Shown here: positions 38,170 through 50,240 of the stretch, one piece after another
How the letters are laid out: the number at the start of each line of letters is the position of its first letter
How positions within the stretch are numbered: position 1 is the stretch's first letter
Assembly (NCBI RefSeq): GCF_001194135.2
Contig: NC_068991.1
Location: forward strand, 25,113,196 to 25,173,545
Direction of reading: 5' to 3'
DNA from: Octopus bimaculoides
Taxonomy: Eukaryota
DNA length: 60,350 nt
Position numbers and translations under genes: made by a program
Notes under the pieces: model-generated
What the model was told of the DNA's origin: nothing
The model's input: the letters and a program-made list of their open reading frames with translations, nothing else
The model's database searches: none

Positions 38170-38720
38170 GAAACAGTCATTAGAAAAACTAGACTTTTCA
38201 GACGTCATTTAAATATAACAGCGATAGGAGTGAAAAACGGCTAGAGGGTTAACGCTGAAAAGATATAGATGCGGTAAATTCCAAGTGATGATCCTGATTT
38301 AATCATGGTTGAAAATCATATACTGAATGAAGTGAAAAGTTCCTTGTATCTAGGAAGTGTGGTGTCTGTAGGCGGAGGAAGAATAGAAGACGTGGAAGAG
38401 GAACTTAGAGAAGGAAAGTAAAAAATTCAACATTTTAAAGTCTGTCTGAAAGGCAAAAGCTCTATATTAAGCTGAGAATTTTCAGCAGCAACGCCAAATC
38501 TGTCTTGCTATGTAGTGCCGAGCAATGGAAGAGTCAAGAAATATTTGTTAAGTCTATAGAAATAACGCTTTAAGTGTCCGGACAGGCCATCGATGGCTTG
38601 GCCACTTTCACTGGGGAAATTTTTCTCTTGCAGATTCCCCTCGATCAAAATGATCAAGATATGTCGAAACTGAAAATACAAAGAAACTGTACGAAAATTA
38701 GCAAAACAGTTCAAATCAAG
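38170..38720 (+). mobile_element. RTE-type LINE RT remnant
   Basis: LEKLDFSDV, LYLGSVVSVGGG..EDV and KLRIFSSNAKSVLL..AEQW, matching the decayed LDFADD / YLGS / KLRIFNSNVKSVLLYG motifs. Confidence 0.72.
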
Positions 38721-38964
38721 TCACACTTCAATCATAAAATTACCTTCATGAACTAGGAGAAATGTCTAAAGTTAGTGGATCCGTCGTCATCTGATTGCCT
38801 CTCTGCTTGATCAAAGTGTTTTCCTCTGCTCGTCCTTGAAAAGTAGACTTGCTGCCGAACATTTTCTGGGTAGAATCATCACAAATGATGTAAAGTGGGT
38901 TTTCTATAATTATATTCAACGTAAACGATAATGTTCTATACCCAATGAGAAAGGGGAATCCATC

Positions 38965-39200
38965 CCCAAACCAGGATTTCAAACATAAAAAGCTATACTT
39001 TGTGGTTGATGAGACTCGAATGGGTGTAGTCAATCATGAAGAGTGAAACCAAAAGCAAAACAATGTTGTTGTCAAATGGAAGCACAGCACAAATTTTTGC
39101 ATAAAAAGCACTCATCATTGGTCGATTGTAAAAAACCTGTTACCCTTGTACGACAATGCAAAATCACATATCGATCAAGTCACCCATGAAAAGATTGTGA
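38965..39200 (+). mobile_element. Mariner transposase remnant
   Basis: HKKHSSLVDCKKPVTLYDNAKSHIDQVTHEKI resembles LVNRKGPILLHDNARPH. Confidence 0.65.
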
Positions 39201-39486
39201 CACCATATATGAATTCTTATTTATAGTAATTAGAATTTTAATTCAACAAGAATTTCATTCTCCTTTTTACTTTTTCTTTCTCAATTTAGTGAATGTTTGA
39301 GTTATACTTCAAGTTGAGTCATATTTTAGTAGGGCTTCACAAGGAGGAATATCTTAAGACCAAATATTTTGTTTTTCAAATTTTAATTTTAGTTTTAAAA
39401 TTGAAGAAAATAAAAAGTGAACAAATATTATTTCATAGTCTAGTTTTTGGAAGTTATACTCGGAAACATTCTTTCAAATTCAACAG

Positions 39487-39626
39487 TGGCATTACTTAGT
39501 GGCACATTATCAACAGCCAATGCCGAGTCTGAGAAATCTGGGAATCCAAGTTCACCGTTATTGCTTCTTTACACCAAAAATTCGAAACCGTTGGTAGAGA
39601 TTCCTCCGGAAAATATGTTTCCAAAG
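39487..39626 (+). CDS. Unknown secreted protein, exon 2
   Basis: Acceptor ttctttcaaattcaacag|TG (phase 1), open frame (V)ALLSGTLSTANAESEKSGNPSSPLLLLYTKNSKPLVEIPPENMFPK, donor AAG|gtgcgt (phase 0). Non-repetitive sequence. Confidence 0.6.
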
Positions 39627-41094
39627 GTGCGTCAATAATTCGCTCCACTGATTCTCATTTTTTTCTAGTTTTAGATAAATCAGTTAAAGTCAAAAGCAAA
39701 TTTATAAAACGTCTTAAATACAACAGTGATCCGCCAGTTTGCTTGGAACAGAAAATTAAATTTTCATTCATTCAGCACAATTCTCATAAATGTTAAATAA
39801 AGTTCATTAGTTGCATCTAATTACGTAGCATGTAATTACCTCGGATAATATTTAGCGTAACAAGAAAGTGCCATTTCAAAATGTAATTTTAATGCATCTC
39901 CCTGGCTAAGATTTATTTTTACAGTTACTTCTCGCTCACCATCTTACACCTGAAAGAGGGAATCGCTTACAATGATTTCTCACATCAATTTTCATGTAAG
40001 ACTCTCTTGGCAGCGTTGATGTGCAGAACACTTGCAAGTTTCATTTAACAGACAATGTTAGAAGGAAATTACTCTACTGCATGAGAACTTGCTAAATGAA
40101 GAAATTGGCAAATGCAGTTTACAAGAATCAAGTTTGGATTATATAATTTCGTATGCGAGTAGAGAGAATTATTAAAGCCACCAAAAGCTTGAAGTTCCAG
40201 CAATTGCAACAACAAAACTATTTTTAGTATTAATCTTTACATTGCTCAGCAACATTTTTACGACTCGTATGTTATGGCTACAGAAACTAACCTTAAAAAT
40301 TGTGATACAATTTATTTATTTATTTATTTATTTTTGTAATAACTGTTGATTCTTTTCACTCATAATACTTGTTGACTCATCGAAAATCAAAAGGTGATGA
40401 TATCATTTATGTTTTTAATTTGTTCTTTCAGCCGTGTATTTTTATTATATACAGTTTCAAATCGATTGTAATTAACGACGAATGTGTTCCTTTTATCAAC
40501 AAGTTCTCTTAAATGTTTGGCACCATGAACAACTTGCATATCAAGCAACTGTAGTTTCTAACTTTGTTATTTTGGTACTGAAAATAAAAGTCCAGAAAAA
40601 ACTCTACTGTGATATTTTGTTGCGTGATTAAGTTTATAACAGCAATAGTTGCCATATTTGACTGAAGATGCCTCCTTTGTGAAATCGCATTGCACAGTTT
40701 ATATAATTTATTTCTGTCGTGTTTCATTTTTTTCGCCCAAATTCAAACCTGTGGATAAATTATCCAGAATGTTTAAACATTTTATCGTAGGTTGACCACC
40801 TTTTGCTGCTTACGCGTAATTAATGGTTTGAAATTTTGGCACAAGTCTAGCAATTTAGTGGGAGGGAGTAAGCCGAATGCATTGACTGCTACCCTCAAGT
40901 TTCAGTTGACTTCTTTTATATTCTAGAGAGCTTGTTCAGGATCACTTCATTAGCCAATAGATTTTATTAATTAATCAAATATATAATTAACATATATTTT
41001 AAAATTAGATAGAAAAGTAACGGATCATAGCTTCCTTGATAAATTTTGAAAGTGTCCTCAAAATAGAATAAAGGGTAAAGACACCTTTCAGTCA

Positions 41095-41390
41095 CGAATG
41101 ACCATGGGATCGCACCTAGAAAATTCCACTTTGAGGCACACGTCCAGGCAAGCTTGTTTGTGGAAGACCAGCAATCGCCCATGCATACCAGTCTCCCCTC
41201 TCTACGCCACTAATGTTTATCCAAGGAAAAGGCAAAGGCCAATACAGCTTGGCACCAGTGACGTCGTAACACATTTCTACGGCTGAGTGAACTGGAGCAA
41301 CGTGAAATAAAAAGTCTTGCTCAAGAACTCAATGCACAGCCCGGTCCGTCAATCGAACTCACAACCATATTATTAAAGCCCAGTACTCTA
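41095..41390 (-). mobile_element. tRNA-type SINE family D
   Basis: Reverse-complement homolog of 52405-52712 (ctgagtgaactggagcaac..gaaataaa..gtcttgctcaagaac). Confidence 0.78.
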
Positions 41391-42242
41391 AAAAAATAAA
41401 TAATAATAGGCGGTCTTGAAATGTAACGCAATTCAGCACATGTAACCCAATTTAGCAGACTTGATGTGCTCAAACATTCACACATATTTAGGCATACCTT
41501 ATGGTTATTTCATTGGGTAGGTCAGGCTAAATGCATCAGAAAACAAATACTTTTTTTTCATATCTTCTGACTGGATATAGAACACTCAACGCCCGTGTGT
41601 GCACTTGCGACTCGTCTGTTTCTCATGGGAGCCAACCTTTTGCTTACTGTTTGAAAGCCAAGCGGTCGCTTTTACAGTGCAGCGACATCTGGCAGCTGTG
41701 AACTACACCATTTTGCGGTACTTATTTACAGCTAGATGGAGCCAATGAAAGAATTACTACACGGTTGTTCGAGTTATTAGAAATAGTACTGAAATCCTCT
41801 TCAAATCGTATCCCGTAAAGTAAATGCTACGTATAATTATAATATAGTCTTGATTACACAATGGTAAAATAAATTCAAAAGAAAAAACAACATACATCTA
41901 GGTACAGTGGACCGCCGGGTCAACTCGTCATATATCACTGATATAGTGTGGGCTGGAGCAATGGGAAATGAAGTGTTTTGGTCAAGAACACAGTGCATTA
42001 CTCGATATGAGAATCGAAACCATGATATCCGACGATGAATTCAATATCCTATTCATTAAGTCACCTGCCTTCACATTGTTCTGTATGGCGTTGTTTCCTC
42101 CAGGAAGCAGTCCGTTCTTTCTTGACTAAAGTGGAATATGAGCCTTCCCTCCTGATTTAAAAGTTATATAAGAAAAACCCTCTAAGTATGGAATGCATAA
42201 CCCCTCACAGAAAATAAGGAATATTTGATAACATACTATACT

Positions 42243-44058
42243 GGTGTGGCTGTGTGGTAATAGGTTTGCTTTTAACCACATAGTTCTGGGTTCAATCGTA
42301 CTGCGTGGAACCTTGGGTAGGTGCCTTCTCGTACTATAACTCCGAGCCGACCAAATGTTGTGAGCGAATTCGGCAGAGGGAAACTGAAAGAAACCCATCG
42401 TAGGCACACACGCACACACATGCGTGCATATACAAGGTGCATTCCGGAAGAGTTGGCTGCAAAGCACTTGTAAGGCTCCAGTCACTTTGTGAAGGTCTCT
42501 TGGAGGTCTTCCAAAGTGAAGGTGTCGCTTGAACCCTTGTCACAATCTCCTTCATCCTAATATTTTCAAAACGACTGCCTCTTTTCATCAGCTTGGAGAA
42601 CAACTAAAGGTTACAGAGACCAAGGTCTGGACTGTAGGGAGAGTAAGGGATAGTTTTGATGCCTACCCATCTCAAGGAGTTGATTACCAGGATAAAATTC
42701 TAGACTGGTGCATTATCCTGGTGCAGGTGTCACCGATACATGTAGAAAAGTTCTGGCCTTTTGTGATGAAGGAAATCCCTTCTTGATCTCCCTCAAAACC
42801 TCCACAAATTATCCAGTGGACGTAGACGATGCTCTTGCTATCAAAAAGGGGATCATCATGGAGCTTCCTGGTGGACTTCCTGGTGGACTTCCTTTGCTAA
42901 CATCCTTGGGTCTGAGGCAGGATGCGTCTGGGGGAACCAGGATACTGTCTCTTGGTCTCTGGATCTATCAGTAGATCCAGCTTTCGTTTCAGGTTATCAG
43001 ACACTCAATTATTCTTGGATTGGAAGTAATGAACTCAAATACCTCCCTGATGTCACCAACGCGTCTTTCCTTCTGTTCGTCACTGAGCACCCTGGGAACA
43101 AACTGCGCAAATTTTTCACGTGTTCTTCTCTTCATGAATAATTCTATGTATAAGTTGCCGTATCAATACCAAGCTGAATGCTTATTGCCTTTATTGACAC
43201 ACGATGGTCTTAATGCAGAAAATAGCAAATTTTCTAAGCCAGTTTTGATTTTCTGACACCCTTCTCTCTCTCACACCTCTCATCGTCTATCACCTTCTCT
43301 CTACAGTTCTTGAACCCTTTGTTCTAGGTAAAAACAGATGCTAGGTTCAGACAAGTCAATACATAAGTCGTCTGGAGCATTTCATAGTTTTCTGTAGCGT
43401 TTTCCCAGTTTAACACAAAATTTTATTGCATAGTGAGCTTCCAAACTGTCTTCACATCCCAACTGCATTCTGAAAACTTGTCAGGTGTTACAAGTAATGT
43501 TTAGAAAGATGTGTTCAAAGTGCTGTTACAACCGTCCCCTTCTATCTGGAATAAAATAGTTGGCAGGTCAGCTTATTAGATGTATCGTAATGATATACTA
43601 AAATTACAATAATCTAGGACAGTTAAAAATATCTCTCTTAAAAACCCTCAAATCTTCTGGAATACACCTCGATACGTATGTATGTATGTATGTATGTATG
43701 TATGTAGGTATGTAGGTAGGTATAGAATGTGCACATTTTTGGCCGAGCTCAAGAGTCATTCAAAGGCCTCACATTGCATCATTAATGACTCGTTTCAATG
43801 ATTCTTTCTAGCAATGACTTTGCTCGTATGCGAGAAAGCAGCTACTATATTATGTGTTTGTGTTTGTGTGTGTGTGTGTGCACACGCAAATAAATCGGTC
43901 TTGGTTTATTTACGTCCATGTACCTGAGCGCTTTACAAAAGATACCGGTGGATTAAGTACCAAGCTTAGAAATAAATACTAGGGGCGACTGAAACCCTTC
44001 AAGGCGGTGCCCGAGTATGGTCGGAGTCCAATGACTGAAACAAGTAAAAGATAAAAGA
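42243..44058 (+). mobile_element. SINE family B split by a mariner insertion (head 42243-42420, tail ~43850-44058)
   Basis: Head gtggctgtgtggtaataggtttgc...gggttcaatc and tail ...aaggcggtgcccgagtatgg...aatgactgaaacaagtaaaag lie on either side of the mariner. Confidence 0.65.
42431..43674 (-). mobile_element. Near full-length decayed mariner (~1.24 kb) with TIRs
   Basis: TIRs TACAAGGTGCATTCCGGAAG vs rc TCGAGGTGTATTCCAGAAG. Minus-strand motifs DPETKRQ, MMIPFFDSK, LHQDNAPV and PYSPYSPDLGLCNL; many stops. Confidence 0.9.
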
Positions 44059-44073
44059 TAATCTATCTATCTC

Positions 44074-44113
<40 letters not shown>

Positions 44114-44124
44114 CATGTCATGAA

Positions 44125-44171
<47 letters not shown>

Positions 44172-45641
44172 NNNNNNNNNNNNNNNNNNNNNNNNNNNNN
44201 NNNNNNNNNNNNNNNNNNNNNNNNNNNNNNNNNNNNNNNNNNNNNNNNNNNNNNNNNNNNNNNNNNNNNNNNNNNNNNNNNNNNNNNNNNNNNNNNNNNN
44301 NNNNNNNNNNNNNNNNNNNNNNNNNNNNNNNNNNNNNNNNNNNNNNNNNNNNNNNNNNNNNNNNNNNNNNNNNNNNNNNNNNNNNNNNNNNNNNNNNNNN
44401 NNNNNNNNNNNNNNNNNNNNNNNNNNNNNNNNNNNNNNNNNNNNNNNNNNNNNNNNNNNNNNNNNNNNNNNNNNNNNNNNNNNNNNNNNNNNNNNNNNNN
44501 NNNNNNNNNNNNNNNNNNNNNNNNNNNNNNNNNNNNNNNNNNNNNNNNNNNNNNNNNNNNNNNNNNNNNNNNNNNNNNNNNNNNNNNNNNNNNNNNNNNN
44601 NNNNNNNNNNNNNNNNNNNNNNNNNNNNNNNNNNNNNNNNNNNNNNNNNNNNNNNNNNNNNNNNNNNNNNNNNNNNNNNNNNNNNNNNNNNNNNNNNNNN
44701 NNNNNNNNNNNNNNNNNNNNNNNNNNNNNNNNNNNNNNNNNNNNNNNNNNNNNNNNNNNNNNNNNNNNNNNNNNNNNNNNNNNNNNNNNNNNNNNNNNNN
44801 NNNNNNNNNNNNNNNNNNNNNNNNNNNNNNNNNNNNNNNNNNNNNNNNNNNNNNNNNNNNNNNNNNNNNNNNNNNNNNNNNNNNNNNNNNNNNNNNNNNN
44901 NNNNNNNNNNNNNNNNNNNNNNNNNNNNNNNNNNNNNNNNNNNNNNNNNNNNNNNNNNNNNNNNNNNNNNNNNNNNNNNNNNNNNNNNNNNNNNNNNNNN
45001 NNNNNNNNNNNNNNNNNNNNNNNNNNNNNNNNNNNNNNNNNNNNNNNNNNNNNNNNNNNNNNNNNNNNNNNNNNNNNNNNNNNNNNNNNNNNNNNNNNNN
45101 NNNNNNNNNNNNNNNNNNNNNNNNNNNNNNNNNNNNNNNNNNNNNNNNNNNNNNNNNNNNNNNTCTTCTTCTTCTTCTTCTTCTTCTTCTTCTTCTTCTT
45201 CTTCTTCTTCTTCTTCTTCTTCTTCTTCTTCTTCTTCTTCTCCTCCTCCCTCTCCTCCTCCGCCTCTTCCTCCTCCTCCTCCTCCTCCTCCTGCTCCTCC
45301 ATTCGTAGCCATCGTCGTAGTCGTTGTCGTCGTAGCCATCCTTTGCCTTGTTCCTCTGCGCTTGCCACTCTATCTTACTTTTGCATTTGTCTATGTCCTC
45401 TTCAAGCGTTTATGTAATATATCTTCAGCGTTTATGTATTATATACATGTGTTTAACACGCACAGATATGTGTGTGTGTGCGTGTGTGTGTATGTGTCTT
45501 TGTGGGAGAATAGACAAATAATAACAACAGACGAGGACAGGTGGTGTAAATAACAAAAGTTGTGTGTGTGTGTATATATGTATATATCACGCATATATGT
45601 TGTACGCATTCCTCTCACTTTCTATATCTCCCTTTTATTAC

Positions 45642-45701
<60 letters not shown>

Positions 45702-46291
45702 GTACACACATACACATGCACGCACACATGCACCCACATGAATGCACACATGCATCGTAGCGCTAACATGTTCTAATAAGCAATGATACTCGTAGAAATT
45801 TTGACTCACCCCAAGCTGTCTTCTTCTCGTCTCTCTCTCTCTCTGTCTCCCTCTCTCTGTCTATATATATATATATATATNNNNNNNNNNNNNNNNNNNN
45901 NNNNNNNNNNNNNNNNNNNNNNNNNNNNNNNNNNNNNNNNNNNNNNNNNNNNNNNNNNNNNNNNNNNNNNNNNNNNNNNNNNNNNNNNNNNNNNNNNNNN
46001 NNNNNNNNNNNNNNNNNNNNNNNNNNNNNNNNNNNNNNNNNNNNNNNNNNNNNNNNNNNNNNNNNNNNNNNNNNNNNNNNNNNNNNNNNNNNNNNNNNNN
46101 NNNNNNNNNNNNNNNNNNNNNNNNNNNNNNNNNNNNNNNNNNNNNNNNNNNNNNNNNNNNNNNNNNNNNNNNNNNNNNNNNNNNNNNNNNNNNNNNNNNN
46201 NNNNNNNNNNNNNNNNNNNNNNNNNNNNNNNNNNNNNNNNNNNNNNNNNNNNNNNNNNNNNNNNNNNNNNNNNNNNNNNNNNNNNNNNNNN

Positions 46292-46347
<56 letters not shown>

Positions 46348-46349
46348 AG

Positions 46350-46560
46350 AGCAGGGTAAAAGAAAGAAAAAGATTATCTAGTTTTGACGCTGCCAATACA
46401 TTACAAATACGAATCTAAAATCTGGAGTCTTAAAGTTGCAACTGTCATAGACTGAGACGTCAATGGATGTGCATGAAAGTGAAGTAAGAAGCATGCATAA
46501 AGAACACGAAGGATGTGCCATTTCAAAGACTTGAAGGAAGAAATCTTCTCCTCAGAGCTT
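46350..46560 (+). mobile_element. Possible highly decayed RLE LINE 3' remnant
   Basis: KERKDY...SKIWSLKVATVI weakly resembles KExEKxxKY...KMWxLKxxTVPV. Confidence 0.3.
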
Positions 46561-46720
46561 TCTTCATTTAACAATAGAAGATATAAAGAAAAGCTAGTTA
46601 AAACTTGGCAAATCTCGTATTTTTGTGGAGACGTTTGAGTGGTTAAGACGTAGCACGTGCATTAAGACTGTGAATGTTTGCTGTTGTCAGCTTAGCGGTT
46701 ACAAAGTCGAACGTCACAAA

Positions 46721-46773
<53 letters not shown>

Positions 46774-46775
<2 letters not shown>

Positions 46776-47197
46776 GACTGGGAGAGCAGTGCATGTCATC
46801 AAAGTGACACTGGGGTACAGATATACGCAGCCCAATATACCCATCATGCCTATCCATCTGATAAGGGTACACTAAGCACATGCATCACAACTATATGTGC
46901 GCGACATTGTGATCTCATATCAAGATAAACAGTACATGACCTTGCAGGTGGGGCCCAGTTAGAATTTTCTTCAGGTCGAGTAGCCCACCCCCTTCAAAAA
47001 GTCCATGAATAAGGGTTTTTAAGGATATTGAACAAAGCACCCATATTTCCAAAGGTGAATTATTCAAAATCCGAAAAATTCCTTTCAGCACATGGCTATG
47101 ATGCCCTCCCCACGCACTACTTCTGCTCGTGATCAGAGATGCACATATCATCAGCCACTAAGGAACATGCTCAACTGGTGAAGGTCAAACAACTGAC
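46774..47197 (+). repeat. Family F interspersed repeat (truncated), abutting (TTA)n
   Basis: Collinear with 47878-48415 and the reverse complement of 50860-51365. Confidence 0.88.
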
Positions 47198-47240
47198 TAT
47201 TATTGTTATTATTATTATGATTATCATTCAGGTCACTGCT

Positions 47241-47803
47241 CCATCGCCTTAACTTAAAAGTTGGAGCAATTATTATGCTTCTTAGAAACCTCTTTATAGC
47301 ACAAGGTCTATGCAACGGAACTCGATTGGAAGTAATTCAGCTCCACGAACATAACATCAAAACGTCAATTATAAGTGGATCTCATTACCACACAAGAGTA
47401 ATAACTCCAAGAATCAAACTTACTCCAAGCGATGCAAACTTTCGTTCTGCATCGGACCCAGTTTCCAGGTCGTCTGTCCTATTCTATGACAATCAATAAA
47501 GCACAGGGGCAAACATTCTATGGAGCAAGGGCGATGAGCAGTGTGAGGATTCACTCATGGTCGCAGAAGGGAAATCACCTACACTAGAAACATTGTATAT
47601 AGTGAAGTACTGTAACGGATGTATTTAACATATACTTTCACATAATAACTTAATATATACTTATTAATAAATATAACATGAAGGATAATAGAATTTTTCA
47701 TTAACCAAAATAGTGCAAATTAAACAATTTTGATTAAATGATAACTATTTATTGGACGATATTTAAATTATCCATGAATGAATTTTTTTCACTGGTCCAG
47801 CTA

Positions 47804-47804
<1 letters not shown>
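47241..47804 (+). mobile_element. Helitron 3' end (Pif1 helicase C-terminus and CTAG terminus)
   Basis: LNLKVGAIIMLLRNL...GLCNGTRL...PRIKL...QFP.RLSYSMTINKAQGQTF...TRNIVYSEVL*. Ends ctggtccag-CTAG|T at 47801-47804. Confidence 0.88.
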
Positions 47805-47877
<73 letters not shown>

Positions 47878-47878
<1 letters not shown>

Positions 47879-48415
47879 GAGTGAGAGAGCGGTGCATTCC
47901 GTCAAAGTGACACTGGGATAAAATATATGAAGCCCATTATACCCATCATGATTACCCGTCTGATAAAGGTACACCAGGCACATGCATAACAACTATATGC
48001 GTGTGACATGGTGATCTTAAATCAAGATAAACAGCGCGTGACCTTGCAAGTAGGGCCCAGTTATCATTTTTTTCAAGTTGAGTAGCCCATCCCACTCAAA
48101 AGGTCGCTGAATAAGGTTTGTTTAAGGATGGAGGATGAACAAAACACTTATGTTTCCAGAGGTGAATTATTCAAACCCCAAAGAATTCCTCTCAACACAT
48201 CGCTATGATGCTCCCCCACTACTCCTGCTCATGATCAGAGATGCACATATCGTCAGCCACTAAGGGACATGCTGAAGTGGTTAAGATCAAGCAACTGACA
48301 AGCACATCTATAGTATTGAGCTGAATATTTGCTGTAGCCCGTCTTTTATACCATGACAAAACATGCACATGATAACACCTCCAATCAGTTAAGATCAGGA
48401 GTCATGAGAGCCAGT
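47878..48415 (+). repeat. Family F interspersed repeat, near full length, abutting (TTA)n
   Basis: Homology to the other two F copies. Confidence 0.9.
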
Positions 48416-48424
48416 GTCTGATGT

Positions 48425-48690
48425 TAATGCTTTGCGGTAATTGTTGAGGCTCCTTGTACTCTGAATTCAGATCCCGCCACAATCAACTTCATTCTTTCGG
48501 GGTTGAAAAAAATAAAGTACCAGTCATGTACTGATGTATGCTTTAAAATTAAAAGCCTTTAACTGGCAGAATCAGTAAAGCGTCGGAAAACGCTTTTACA
48601 TTCTGAGTTCAAATCCAGTCTAATTCAACTTCCTTCTTTAGGGTGTCGGCAAAATAAAGTACCAATGAATTACTGGGGTCGATGTTAAAG
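48425..48690 (+). mobile_element. Two degenerate SINE family A copies
   Basis: tactctgaattcagatcccgccac...aaataaagtaccagtc and aactggcagaatcagt...cattctgagttcaaatcc...aaataaagtacc. Confidence 0.65.
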
Positions 48691-48799
48691 CTAAAACCGT
48701 TTTATTGGCAGAATCGCTGGTGTGTCAGAAAAACTCGGAGATGGCTTAATCGATACTATCGATTATAGCAAATAATAGCAAATATGTAACCCGTAGCAA

Positions 48800-49715
48800 A
48801 CAAGTTGATGTAGACCAGAAACACACGCATCAGTGGCTATGGAGCTCAGGGCTAAAGGCAGAAAGCGAAGGCTTTATCAGAGCTTATTGACTCGTAACAT
48901 CCAAGCCAATGCGATGAAAAATGGAGTAGACTCAAATTGCCGATACTACAACGACAAGATTGAAACAGTGGACCACCTAGTCTCTGGATGTAAAGTTTTA
49001 GCTCCTATAGAGTATGAATCAAGACATGACAGAGTTGACCAATACTGACACTAGTTAGTATGTTGGCATGATAAAAATTAAATTGCTGAGAAATGGTACA
49101 AGGACCACCCTGAGACTGTAACTGAGGAAGAAAATGTAACGATTCTTTGGGACTTTCCAGTACATACGGACCGGATCGTCAAATCTGACAAACCAGATAT
49201 TATTGTGAAAGACCAAAACAATAAAATCTGTTTACTGATTGACATGAGCATACCTTGTGATCATAATATCTCGGCAAAAGAATTTGATAAGCTCAGAAAA
49301 TATAAAGATTTGCTGATTGAAATAAAAAAAAATGTGGCATCTCAAGACGGTTACAGTGATTGCAGGATCATTTGGAATGATTAAAGAATGAGCTGACCAT
49401 TATTTGAAGATTATTCCAGGCTTACCATTCATGCAGGAAGTGCAAAAGATTTTCTTAACTGGTACGTCACACGTTGAGAGAAGAACATTGTCACTGTGTA
49501 TTTTTCTTTCCTTTATTCTCCTTTATTTTCTTCGTTTTCTTTTTCACTTTTTCCTTTTCTCTTCTTTCCTTTTTCTTTCTTTTTATCACACGATTTTATA
49601 AATGAACAATCTGGTGTGTTTATTTTAATGGCCTACCAATGTATTCAGTGAGTTTTTTTGCTCGAGTGTCGGGAAAACACTCGGCAAAAAATGGAAACAC
49701 AATTGAAACAAGAGG

Positions 49716-49720
<5 letters not shown>
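48800..49720 (+). mobile_element. R4/Dong-clade non-LTR retrotransposon 3' part (CCHC + RLE + 3' UTR)
   Basis: HQWLWSSGLKAESEGFI, CRYYNDKIETVDHLVSGCKVLAPIEYESRHDRV, ILWDFPVHTDRIVKSDKPDIIVKD, LLIDMSIPCDHNISAKEFDKLRKYKDL; decayed. Confidence 0.9.
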
Positions 49721-49747
<27 letters not shown>

Positions 49748-49748
49748 C

Positions 49749-50098
49749 CTTTCTACTATAGGCACAAGACCTAAAATTTTGGGGAGGGTGCCAGTCGATT
49801 ACATCGACCGCAGTGTTTCACTGGTACGTAACTTATCGACCCCTACAGGATGAAAGGCAAAGTCGACTTCGGCGGAGTAACAATCCTTTCTATTATAGGC
49901 ACAAGGTCCGAAATTTTGGGGAAGAGATCAAGTCGATGACATAGACTCCAATGTTTCTCTGGCACTTAATTTATCGACCCCGAAAGGTTGAAAGGCAAAG
50001 TCGACCTCGGCGGAATTTGAACTCAGAACGTAGCGGCAGACAAATATTGCTAAGCATTTTTCCCGGCTTGCTAACGATTCTGCCAGCTCACCGCCTTA
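49749..50098 (-). mobile_element. SINE family A (one full copy plus a partial copy) between (AAT)n tracts
   Basis: cctttctactataggcacaag...gaaaggcaaagtcgacctcggcggaatttgaactcagaacgta...gccagctcaccgcctt. Confidence 0.88.
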
Positions 50099-50101
50099 TT
50101 A

Positions 50102-50173
<72 letters not shown>

Positions 50174-50175
50174 TG

Positions 50176-50239
<64 letters not shown>

Positions 50240-50240
50240 T

